From positions 6,076,001-6,140,000 of the forward strand of contig NC_135770.1 of assembly GCF_052425735.1 (NCBI RefSeq): 64,000 nucleotides of DNA. The letters are read 5' to 3'. The translations under genes and the position numbers were made by a program. This stretch comes from Oculina patagonica (lineage: Eukaryota). The notes under the pieces are model-generated. The model was not told the DNA's origin and searched no databases. It was given only the letters and a program-made list of their open reading frames with translations. Of the stretch, positions 14,148 to 25,421 are shown one piece after another (position 1 is the stretch's first letter; the number at the start of each line of letters is the position of its first letter).

Positions 14148-17100
14148 TCAATTCCGATGGAGAAGAGATGAGGCAGTTAGCTCAGTAAGAGAGGAAGACA
14201 GATCGTTACGTTGCCTGCGATTGCGCACAAAGAGGTAGATAGTTGCGCAGACAATGGCTGTGATGACGACGCCGCTGACCGCCACGACGGTGGCCAAATT
14301 GGTCGAGAAAGACTGGGAGTCGTCCTGTTTGTCACATCCTTCTGAAAAACAACAACAATATTTTGAAAGGTTTTTAAAGTGATAAAGTTTGTTCAGGGAG
14401 GCACGGTGGCCTAATGGTTAAGGCTGGTTATCATATGATCGCCCCGATCGTCTCTGTCGCTTCTGTCGTTTGCAAAGTCTGAGGTGATTGCAGCAAGCAA
14501 TCTTTTTGAAACGACAGAAGCGACAGAGACGATCGGGACGATCATATGAGAACCAGGCTTTAGTGCGCTGGAGTCCGGATCGAGCGGTTCGGGTTCGAGA
14601 CCTGGCCGGGGCCACTGTGTTGTGTTCTTGAGCAAGTTCCGGCTTTGTTCCTCTCTTCACCCAGGTGTATAATTGGGTACCGGTGACATAATGCTGTGGA
14701 GGGGGGAGGGGGTTACCCTGCGATGGACTAGCATCCCATTCAGGGGGGAGTAGAAATATTCCTAGCCGCATAATGCTACAGAAACTGGGATAAGCTCCGG
14801 CAAAATGGGCCGCATGGCTCGAGGCTTCCCTTTTTTTAAGGGTTGTTCAAGGTAATTTCCTACTTTGTCAAGAAAAGGCGCTGCTTCTTCGAAGCCGTTT
14901 ATCGGGTCTTCACGCAATGTTTAAAAAAAACGAATCACGCCAATGACACTTGCTACTTCGTCCTAACGATTAGATTGCAACGATTCTTTTATGTTTCCTA
15001 TTTTTTTTCCCAACCCCTGAGGAAGGTTTGTGTTGTAAACCGAAATATAGGGCACATTTGTTTGAATATTTAGGTTGTTTATCTATTATGTTTATTTTTG
15101 GTCGCTTTAATTTCGTTGTTGGTATAAATCTGACGTGAAAAATTTATTTGATTTATATAACCGGTTCGGGGCGGAGGAGCCAAAAATAATATTAATACCC
15201 TATCCAGCGGCACGTCCCCGTATAGGTCATATTTTGATATAGTATAGTACTTCCCCCCCCCCCCTTCCACCCCCGGGGGTGTTGACCCTGATGGGTTTTT
15301 TTCTATATATGACTAAACAATTAATATAAGAAGAAATTTTCTATTTAATGAATTCTAAGTACCTTCTTTATTCATATCGTCTTCTTTTTCGTCTTCCTCG
15401 ACGCTCTTGAAAATGAAGGGGCCTGCTGTCACGTGATACACCTCAGATTCATCCAATGAACGCCTTTTTCTATTTTCTCCGCAAACCTTCGGACAATCAC
15501 AATCAGACACAAAGATCGCCAGGCAGACTTTGAATTTACAGTGAAAGTAAACTGCGCTGCTACTACCAACGTACCTAAAGGTGGTGATCGAAAAGGTCTC
15601 CTCCGTACTGTCATCGGCACAAGTATATGACAAACTGTTGGAAAGTTCTGGATTCGAATTACCGCAACTGTTAAAAAAGAGACAAGCAAAAATATTTATC
15701 ATTGATGTCTTACTGTTAAAGAAAGTTTTATTAGGAATCATGTTGCAAAATTCTACCTTGGGAGAGCGTCAATGTCTTGTTTGCTCGAGTTAAAGCAAAC
15801 AACCACCCTCCTCCGAGGACTTTGGGCTTTCCACAAGTTGCTCGAGATTTCCCAAAAAGTTGCCCGTAATTTCCCAAAAAAGTTGCTCAAAAGTTGCTCC
15901 AAAAATCAAAAAAAGTTGCTTCTGATAATAAACGTTGCTCAAAAGTTGCTCCAAAAAACCCGAAACGCTGCTTCTAATCACGAGAATTTCCCTAAATATA
16001 TGCTAATTTCCCTCTGAGAGTAAGATTTCTAAGCAGTTTCATGCTTACAGCAAAAGAAGTATCTAAATAACATATTAAGGGGAAAATTTGTTAAATAAAA
16101 AGGATTTCTTTAGCTGAGAAATATCGTAAAGATATCAATGACGTCATGTTTGCTGACGAGTTTTGTAATGTTTTAATGCAAAATGAGCCGAAAGTTGAAA
16201 TGTCTTCAAATGTTCTTCGAAAGTCCTCGGCAAACTTCGTAAACCTTCGGAAACGTTTGTATTGCCTTTGAACAACACTCGGATAATCTTCGGAGATCTT
16301 CGGTCTGGAAATTGCTCAAAATGCAACAAGTTGCTCGAGAGGAAAAAAGTTGCTCGAAGGGGAAAAAGTTGCTCGAATCATGAAAAGTTGCCAAAAAGTT
16401 GTCGAGCAACTTGTGGAAAGCCCTACCCGAGGTCCAAACCTTCACCTTTTAAATCCATTTTTGGCAGAAACATTTACCCTTTTTGTATACCTTCGATAGA
16501 AAATGAAACCCCTTTCACCTACCAGTTTTCTTTTATTTTCACTAGATAACTCCTTAAAATACTTAGATGATAATATTGACCTTTCAGTGGGTCTACTCGA
16601 GATATTTTATATACCTTCAGCTTAAGAAGGCACCCTATTGAGCGGAGCCGTCTCCAAACGGGGGCTTTCCCAGCAAGTCATTTGCCAGGAAGTCACCTCC
16701 ATGTTTGGTGACCCTGGCTATACAGTTTAGCTGAGTGGCAATGGCGAAAAGCACGTCTCCAAGCGCCTTTAAATATCTGTAACCCGTGGCTAAGGGAAGA
16801 ACACCCTAACAGAACAACCCTGGCCCTCCAGGCTGGGAGTTAGGCATGGAGCCAATTCAAATACCCCATAAAAAAGGTATACATACAGGTATTCAAATAT
16901 ACTTTATTCGTCCCGAAAGGGGAGTTACAAAATAGATGTTAAAATAAAGAAATAAAAGCGCAAACAAGCAAGCAACGCAGCCGCGAGTGGCTGGCACACA
17001 AATCGTCCTCGTACCCAGGGTCTTCGAGACAAGCGGCGATGCCGCGAGTGGCTTGGGGAGGAGGAGGCGAAAAACCCCCTGCCCGGAAGTAATTGGAAAG

Positions 17101-20100
17101 TGTTTCTGTCAATTATGATAAGCGCTCCTAGTCATCTGTGCACTCCTGTTTCAATAACTGCTCTAATTCTGATACAAAACATCACAATGCACGGTTTATC
17201 CTCGTTTCGAACTGTTCGCACCATTTTTCCATTACAAAACAAAGTTTTTTATAATTCTTTCAAAGAAAGGTCTCTCTCTTTTTCTTACAAATGTCAAATG
17301 CGAAGATAAAAAATTATTCGTCCTTCCGTAAATAAACGCCCTGTCTCCTTATAATTAAGCGCCCCCCACCCTCTTAAAAATAAATAATGCAAGCGCCCGG
17401 AGAGCCATCCTAGGGCTACTCCAAAATCAGAAATCTGCTGGGAGACAGGAACCCTTTATTCTTTAAGAGTGGAACCCATTTCTGCAAATTGTGCTTCCCT
17501 TTCTTAGAAATAAAAATAACCGCAAGCAAACCAGAGAGGGAGTATTAAAACAGCAAGCACACTTAAGCGACCCCTGCTTGTTGGAGTATCCATTCCAAAT
17601 TAAATTGAATTATTACGGTATGTTATCACTATGCGTGAAACTGGTGCCGCGCCCTTTTAATGACTCAAAAGAACTGCAGCAGAAAAAACATTCTTCGAAT
17701 TAATTTTTCGTTCAGCTCATGAATCAAAATCCAAATAAACAAACAAAGTGAAATTGCCCAGTACTACCTACAACACTTTGGTGTCTGTTCCAAATAAAGG
17801 GAAGAAATCCTCGTTGAATTAATTTTTCCAGCGTAAAATCGCTTATAAATCATTTTTTTTTTCATGGTAGCTAATTTATTTTTTACAACGACTGGCGAAT
17901 ATATACGTAATATCAAATTCTTACCCTTTATCTATTAGCTGAATCTTTCCATCTGTCGAGTCCCCGCTTTTGCTCTTTGAAGCCCAACAGGATAGAGGTA
18001 AAATGTCAAGGTTTGATGCATTGCTAGGAGTTGTGACCCAGGCCTTGAAGTACAAAGTTTGACCCAGCGCAAGCGTGTTTGGAAGCGTTCCGGTGAAATC
18101 AGGCCGAGGAAAAGCTCCGAGCGAAAAGGTGAACGACGATGGTTCTCGAGGAGTTAGAGCTAGGAGCACAGAAATGATGTTTTGCACTTTCAGAGTACTG
18201 AAAAAGTTTAACACGGATTTCAATACCACCATTTAAAACCACAAACTACCTAGCGTGAAAGAGGAAATTTCATTAATTTTTTAAAATCGTTTTAAAAATT
18301 CAAGAAAAAACATTTTCTGGCCCCCACCCCCCCAAAAAAAAAAAAAAAGAAAAAATGTAAGCACGTAAAAAGAAAATGAACATAATAATATCTATGCTAC
18401 CTCCTACTCCAAAGCGTTGTCACGGACACGAGCAATTTTTATAATTACGATAATAATGATAATGATGATGATGATAATGATGATGACGATGATAATAATG
18501 ATACTGATGATTACGGTGTGCGGTAGTGCTTTTTATCACGTTGTAGAGAGATACGACATTGGTTCGTGATGTTACGTCATAGGTCTTGATTCACACACAA
18601 ATACAAACAAGCATCCAGGCACAAGGTATGCTTGAGAACGCTAAGTTATAATAATCCTATTTTACTTACTTGTACCATTGTTCACGGTACGGTCTTTGAT
18701 TGGCACGAAACTTGCCACTGCGTTGTCGTCGTTGTCGTATTTACATGATACATAATACAGGTGTTCATATGAGCGGGACTGGAGTTTGTTTGTCACTGTT
18801 GGATTGATTTTAAGGATGTATTTTATGCCGTCTTCATGCTGTTCTGAAGACTCGGCACAGTCGGGGAGGCTCAAACTAGAGTAGGTTACTGTACCACTGT
18901 TTAAGGTTGGCTCACAGGAGTCACTGCCTTCTAATTGCCAGTCAGCTGCAGTCCACTCGTCATAATCATCTACGTTGCTGATAGTTATGCTAACCGTGTG
19001 GCCATCGTTACAAGTGACTGAACCAGTAGGAGCACCTGAGAAGAAGAATCACAATCAAAGTCTTATAACCCATTCACACCAGGAAAAGATGTTTAGTTAA
19101 ACCAGGTTTAGCAAAATGAAAATCAGCAACTGGATTTACATAGGGTTCAAATAAGACAACTCTATGTGCTCATCAACTAACTCAAGTTCCCGATATGCAG
19201 CATTTCTACGCCCTAGAGGTCAAATTGCCGATAACGAATATTACATAACAAGCGTTTACTACGCATCAGTGTTTGTTTGTACGAAAGGGTAAAGGGTAAC
19301 CACTGGCAACAAAAATGGTAAAAAAGGTGTAAGTGATTGTCGAGGACTGTCTCACAAGTGATCGAAAAAAATGCCGATAGCAAAACTATTGCCTCTGTTA
19401 TCGATGACATCAGAGTTTTTCTTTTGAAAACGAAAATTGCTTTAGCACAAGAAATGACATTTTGCGACTCCTGGAGGTGGCAAGAATGGCGGACTGAAAA
19501 ATGTTTAAAACCTTGGCCCTATCAAAAGGCGCTATAATATTTTGATTACTAAGTCAATTTTCTTTTAAGTAACATTTAGTTATTAAAATAGTCGTACTGC
19601 AAGATGATACTTTTGTAGAAAAATCAAGTACAACATACTTACGGTATTTCATCCTGCAGCATTTGAATGTTTCAATGCAGTAAAGTTCATTGCAGACGCT
19701 TTTGTAGAGGCCGACCATGTAATAGCCTTCTTTTTTACAGACACTCCAACCCTTGTTGTCGAACGAAATAAGGACATCTTCATCATAACAGCCGTCATAA
19801 CTATCTTCCTGTTGATTCTGTGGACGGCAACACTTCCCTTCCTCAATGTTAAACAGTTTTTGTCCAGATACCCTGAAGCCGTTTAAGAAATAACCGTTGG
19901 GGCATAAAGCCCAGACATTAAACCTGGGAAAAAAGAAAAATCGGCAACGTACACATACAGCATGAAAATTGGGATTTACATTAACTTAAAGGTGGTTAAA
20001 TCTGGTGTAAAGTCGGTTATCCAACTTTACACCATCAATTAAATGCTGTTAAAGGTGGTTAAACCGACCTTTACGCTACCGTGTGCAAATGTGATTCAAA

Positions 20101-20558
20101 GTTGGTGCAAAGAAATCTCTCTATCTACCTTTATACTTGAGTGTAAAGCTGGGATAAAGGTCAGCTTTTAAAAAAATGTAAAGTCAGCGAAGAGCTGAAT
20201 AAATTCCGAGTTTACGCCAGCTTTATATGAGCTTTACACCGGCCGGTTTCATTATAATTATTCAAACTGCTCACCCATCTAGAGTAATTACCCAGTTTGC
20301 ATTTTCACACACTGCAGGCTGATTGGTATAAGCTGATTCGCTGGCTGGACAGCACCTTCCAAATTCGATGCGTCCAATTCGTTCATCTCCTAGTTGTCGG
20401 TCATTTCTCCACAATCCCTTGAGGTACGTGTTCGTTTTGGGGCACACAGACCAGCCAGTCGTGTCCAGGCTGATCGACCAGTCGGCTTGATCACAGTTCA
20501 GGCTCGTGTCAGGCTTGAACACCAGCAGGACACAAGTAAGTCGAATGACAAACCGCAT
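14148..20558 (-). CDS. G2: signal peptide + three-repeat Cys/Trp-rich (biomphalysin N-terminal-like) domain + ZP module + furin site + TM
   Basis: Exons 20558-20275 (MRFVIRLTCVLLVFKPDTSLNCDQADW...), 19923-19643, 19035-18670 (ZP-N), about 18159-17925, 15667-15363 (RKRRS) and 14341-14148 (TM, tail ...LLHRN*). Junction phases 2,1,1,2,1 all join in frame. Confidence 0.8.
14396..14825 (+). mobile_element. tRNA-derived SINE interrupted by a MITE
   Basis: A box (GGTGGCCTAATGG), B box (GGTTCGAGACC) and a body shared with the SINEs at 20646 and 31347. Confidence 0.8.
14421..14559. mobile_element. Palindromic MITE, PIF/Harbinger-like
   Basis: About 50-bp imperfect TIRs (AGGCTGGTTATCATATGATCG... / ...CGATCATATGAGAACCAGGCT) flanked by a TTA duplication inside the SINE head. 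Confidence 0.85.
15823..16423. mobile_element. TIR element with internal AAAAGTTGCTC subterminal repeats
   Basis: GGGCTTTCCACAAGTTGCTCGA ... TCGAGCAACTTGTGGAAAGCCC termini, with many AAAAGTTGC copies near both ends. Confidence 0.75.
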
Positions 20559-20645
20559 CCTGGACTTAGTTATTTAATGCTTCCACCAAATTCTGCATGG
20601 AGGAAAAAAATTGGTTATTATTGAGAGTGCTTTACTTGTCTTAAT

Positions 20646-21220
20646 GGGAGGCGCGGTGGCCTAATGGTCAGTGCGCCGGACTCCGGATCGAGCGGTCCGG
20701 GTTTGAGCCCTGGCCGCCGGGATCACTGTCTTGTGTTCTTGGACAAGACACTTTACCCTAAAAATGCCTCTCTCCACCCAGGTTATGAATTTGTGGGGAG
20801 CAGGGATGGCGCAGTGGTGAGAGCGCTCGCCTCCCACCAATGTGGCCCGGGTTCGATTCCGGCCCGGTGCCATATGTGGGTTGAGTTTGTTGTTGGTTCT
20901 CGCCCTGCTCCGAGGGTTTTTCTCCGGGTTCTCCGGGTTCTCCGGTTTTCCTCCCTCCAGAAGAACCAACATTTCCAAATTCCAATTCGACCTGGACAGA
21001 GGACCCGCATGAAAACCAGCTAGCGCTGATGTGGCTTCCTCTCTAAATATAGCAATTTATTTATTTAATGTGTACCGGCGACATACTGCTTGAGGAGGGG
21101 GGGGGGGGGGGGTACCCTGCGATGGTCTAGCATCCCATTCAGGGAGGAGTAGAAATATTCCTAGCCGCTTAATGCTACAGAAACCGGAATAAGCTCCGGC
21201 AGTATGGGCCGCGTGGTCGA
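20646..21220 (+). mobile_element. tRNA-derived SINE with a second SINE (20795-21068) nested in it
   Basis: The outer SINE is split after CTCTCCACCCAGG. The inner SINE starts GGGGAGCAGGGATGGCGCAGTGGTGAGAGCGCTCGCCTCCCACC, has a B box GGTTCGATTCC and ends in a TTTA tail. Confidence 0.82.
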
Positions 21221-21360
21221 TGCTTCCCTCCTTTTTTAACTGTCTTAAATTTAATTTAATAAAGGGGAAAGGGTGCTAGATAAGTGTTAATCCTGACAAG
21301 CTTTTATTTTTTTTCATTATAAATTCTACTACAGTGTTAATCCTGAAAAGCTAAACATTA

Positions 21361-21583
21361 ATTAGCCGGTTAGAAAAACCTTAACCTATTCTCAAACTCT
21401 AAATTGGTAGAATGTTTGACTTGCTCGACTGAAGCCGGACTTGGAATGCGAGTACCTAGTGGGCCAGTTTAATTTTGGTAAGTAGAACTGGCGATGCGGA
21501 ATGAACCGAACGCGTAGTTAAGGTGCCAAAGTCGACGCGCATCAGACCCCACAAAAGGTGTTGGTTGCTATAGACAGCAGGAC
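21361..21583 (+). pseudogene. Dispersed 28S (LSU) rRNA fragment
   Basis: Matches the conserved eukaryotic LSU segment AACCTATTCTCAAACT..AAAT..GTA..., CCTAGTGGGCCA.TTTTGGTAAG.AGAACTGGCG.TGCGG.ATGAACCGAACG and CATCAGACCCCA.AAAAGGTGTTGGTTG.TATAGACAGCAGGAC. Truncated at both ends. Confidence 0.88.
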
Positions 21584-23695
21584 AAGATTTGACACTTAAA
21601 TAAAGCTTATGTTTTTAGATTTGGAATGTCTCAATTTGAAACTCAAAGATTGTATTTATCTGTGATCTTAAGAGTCAGTTTTTGATAAAAAAAGGCAAAA
21701 CAAACAAGTTCATATTATTCAAGCCAATGTTTCTGAAAATCGAAAGCCGAATTTCACTGTTGGTGTAATTAGATGGTGGACGCACTTTTAAACATAATCA
21801 TTCCCAATTTTTTCTGTGTATTTTAACACATTAAACCTTCACCAAACTTTCTCGAAAACAGTCTAATAGAACTTTTTGAAATTTTGCTATAAATGGATTT
21901 GACATTTGTGAAGTTGTAAGAGCGCTGCACAAACAATTTGATGTTGCTATTCCTAAGGAAGAACTGGAGACAAAGGCTGTATTGCTAACATTAACTGTAT
22001 AACTTACGAGAGTTGAATTGAAACCGCTTGTCACCAGACGATTAATATTGCAGCTGGCTACTGAAAGGAAGAAATGAATAAAATCGGGTTAAAGTTGTGT
22101 AAGAAAACGTTTTAACGGCAAATACAAGGCCTCAGTTACCTCAGTCACTGAACTTAGTTGCAAAGCGATGTTAAACGTTTTGCTCAGTCGACTTGTTAAT
22201 TATTCAGTAAATCATTCAAATGCACGCAATAACCTTACGCGTTTGTACCATGTACCGGCCAAAACGTGTCAGCAAATGACAAACGAAAACTCTAAATCCA
22301 AGGATTTTGGACACTTAAGACAAATTAAAATAAAATGCTCGATTCACAAGGAAATATTTTATTAACGCACCATTGTTACAGTATAGTGACTAGCTGTAAT
22401 GTATACAGAAGTAACACATAATCACAATTTCGTTTCTGAATTTAACAAAATACAAGTGAGAAAGATGTTATTTCCGTTGCTACGAGCGTGGGACAAAAAA
22501 AATAAAATCTGAGCCCCGACGGAAAAGACCCACACACCGGTCCCATGATCAATAAGCAGCTAAGCCAAAAAGAGACTCGTGCGATCTTGGCCATTTTTTC
22601 TACAATAGGTTCATATATTTTATGTGACACGCGTCCTGCATACTTTCAGAATCGGCAATGCGATGTTGAAAGGTCCTGTGTGGCGATGGAAAAAAGAAAG
22701 AGTATAATTTTAAGCTCGGTAAATGAAATTTTCTGTTGTCACAATTTTGTGGGAGAAAACTTACAGCCATGGCCAGCCAGAGAAGCAGGCCCACTAGTGA
22801 TGTCGCATTGAGGTATAAACTATAAGCGCTGCCTTTCAGCCGGTTTTCTGAGAACTGACTGGCTTTCGACCAATTTAGCGACCGCCAACCCTAAAAAAAC
22901 AATTTATGGACAGAAAATCGAAATAACCTCAACCCCTCCCGCCCTTTCCTTCTTCCACGGTATTTCATGTATAGTAGATTTACAAAAAATGTCTTTAAGA
23001 TTCGATTTCCTTCAGAATCGAAATTGGCCTTCTATCGTAATATGGCGTAGAAGTCAATAATACTTTATAAGATATATTAAGCCTTCGTGAGATTATTCCT
23101 GCCTTAGACTTTTCGAGGGGGGGGGGGGGACTTAATAGAGATTGTGTGGGGAGGGGAGGGTATATTTCAAACAATATATCAATTACACAATAGGGTATAC
23201 ATGAAATCAAGGGGTCTTTTGAGTGGTGAGGGCCGTCCCTAGGATTTTTTTTTTCTGCGGGGGCAAAGTTTTCCTTTTTCTTTAGTTTTCTTAGATTTTT
23301 AGTTTCCCTGCCCCCCTTCCCCCCTCCTTCTAGGTACGACCCTGAACAACCAGTGAAGTCATGGTCATCAAGATGGACGGACAACTGTGCTGTTTAACAA
23401 CACACTTTAACGAAATAGAAACCATAAAAAGTAAATGTGGTGAATCAATAACTACCTTCAGTGTTTTCTTTTGACACATTGTCTTGACCAATTACCCAGG
23501 GAGGCGAGGGTAATTACCAGGGCTTTATGGAGAGGGGCTCATTAAAAAAAGAACTTCCAGAGAGAGGCTTACTGGTCGGAATGACGGGGGCTTCGTATTC
23601 TTGGTATTGGACTAGACCTAGAGCTTGCAATGGAGGCTAAATAAATGCGGGGAATCTTTTCAAATGTAAATGACATGAACGTCCTTCTGATGATA

Positions 23696-24194
23696 CAGTA
23701 GAACCCCGGTAGCTAGAATTCTGAAGAGAAACGAAAAACAGTTTGAGTTAGCGGGGTTTCGAGTTATCGGGGTCGATTGAATATTTGATATGCCAAGTTA
23801 ATAATTGACAGTTTACTGATTTTTCAGTACTTCAGTATACAGTCAAGTGCAAATGGAACATATCTCGTCAGAAACTCTAACACGATCCTACATTCTTATG
23901 ATAAGAGTGAAAAATAGCTGTCAAATACAATACGTACGTAATCTGTTCGTTGCTCTAATCAATGGGCAGAGTGGCAAGTTGTAAGAACCGGAATTCGAGT
24001 TATCGGGGCAAATTTGACCCATAATTTGATCAAGGGAAACGAAATTTAGTTCGAGTTAGCAAGGTTTTCGAGATATCCGAGTTCGAGTAAACCTTGTAAA
24101 CTGAAAAGTGGAGTCAAATCCTAGGGAAATGGAAGTTTGTTCGAGTTAGCGGGGTGTTCGAGTTATCCGAGTTCGAGTTACCAGGGTTCTACTG
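23696..24194. mobile_element. Tc1/mariner-like MITE (copy at 34262-34758)
   Basis: TA|CAGTAGAACCCCGGTA ... TACCAGGGTTCTACTG|TA, with internal TTCGAGTTA repeats. Confidence 0.8.
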
Positions 24195-25421
24195 TATTCT
24201 CCCACATTAACCTCCATTTCAAGCTTGTCCAAGTCCAATACCGAGAATACGAATGTGGTCTATTGTTTCTCTTTGTAAATAAGCACAAGTGCGGCTACAG
24301 AAGGAACATCCTTCCTTCCAGGTTTTTGTTTTAAACTGATCAGGGCTGGTTAATCTTATAAACATTTACAATAATTCGTATGAAAAAACAGCAGACACAG
24401 TTTTAGTAGCACCCAAGAATACAGATTGTTTTTTTTTTATTGCTGTGCATGTTACATGGATAATTGTACATCTCTGGCTCGAGAATGAAACCTGCATCGC
24501 TCCTAAGTTTGAATGGCGCGTAGAACAAGAACCTTATTTATTAAACTGATTTGATCATTTCTTCGATATTCCACGCAAATATGTTTTGGAAATTCCGTGA
24601 TTCGGATATGGAGCAATTTTGAATATTCACAGATAACCATTCAGTTTAACATCTATACATTTGCACGTTAATCCTTATTATAAATTACAAAATTCTAATT
24701 TTTCACACGATAAGGTTTTTAAATATCTTATATTTGACTAATACACTTACACTCATTAACTTTGGTATATATAATGCCTTTTTTAAGCATTCTCGTCTAT
24801 TCTAGATTAAGGTTCTATTAGCTTCTGCATTAATGCTAGCTTTGTACAGATCTATAAGCTATACATGCATTTGTGCTAAGGTGCATTTTAAAATAGCAAG
24901 ATAAGTAACACTTAGACCCGTATTAATTTACTACACACGTAATGTTTCTACTTATGAACTGATAGAGATACAAAGCTAAACCTTTCGCTACCACAGCATT
25001 ATTACTTAAACCTTTCACTACCCGCAAGGGGTATTATTAATCCCATGTCAGCCACGAGGAACTGCAAAGGATACTTGTGTGTGTCAAATGAAAGTATTGA
25101 GGTTTTTGTTTTTTTGTTTGGGTCGTTTTTTTTTGTTGTTTTTGAGAAGATATAATTTTTTTTTTGGGAAAAAAAAAGCCGGGGGAAAAAAAAAAAAAAA
25201 ACTTTTGGGTACCCGTCACCTGACGGGTTTCGTAATCTTAATAATTGCGGTTTCAAAACTAGGCAACATTTCAATCTAAGATTGAAAAGTATTTTGACAA
25301 TAGAAAAGTTGACTGGTTCTGGAAATAATTCCAATAAACTGCCGAAAGAATAGAACTGAATCGTTGTTATCAGAAGTCTCTAAAGTTCGTTTCACTTGCG
25401 CTTGTGTGTAATAAAGCGCCA

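Noticed and set aside
20661-21023. Several overlapping 75-119 aa ORFs (also at 31369-31713)
   Set aside because: They lie entirely within GC-rich nested SINEs.
25085-25210. Homopolymer-rich segment replacing about 300 bp present in the duplicate copy (35630-35925)
   Set aside because: Looks like a low-quality consensus artefact rather than a biological feature.
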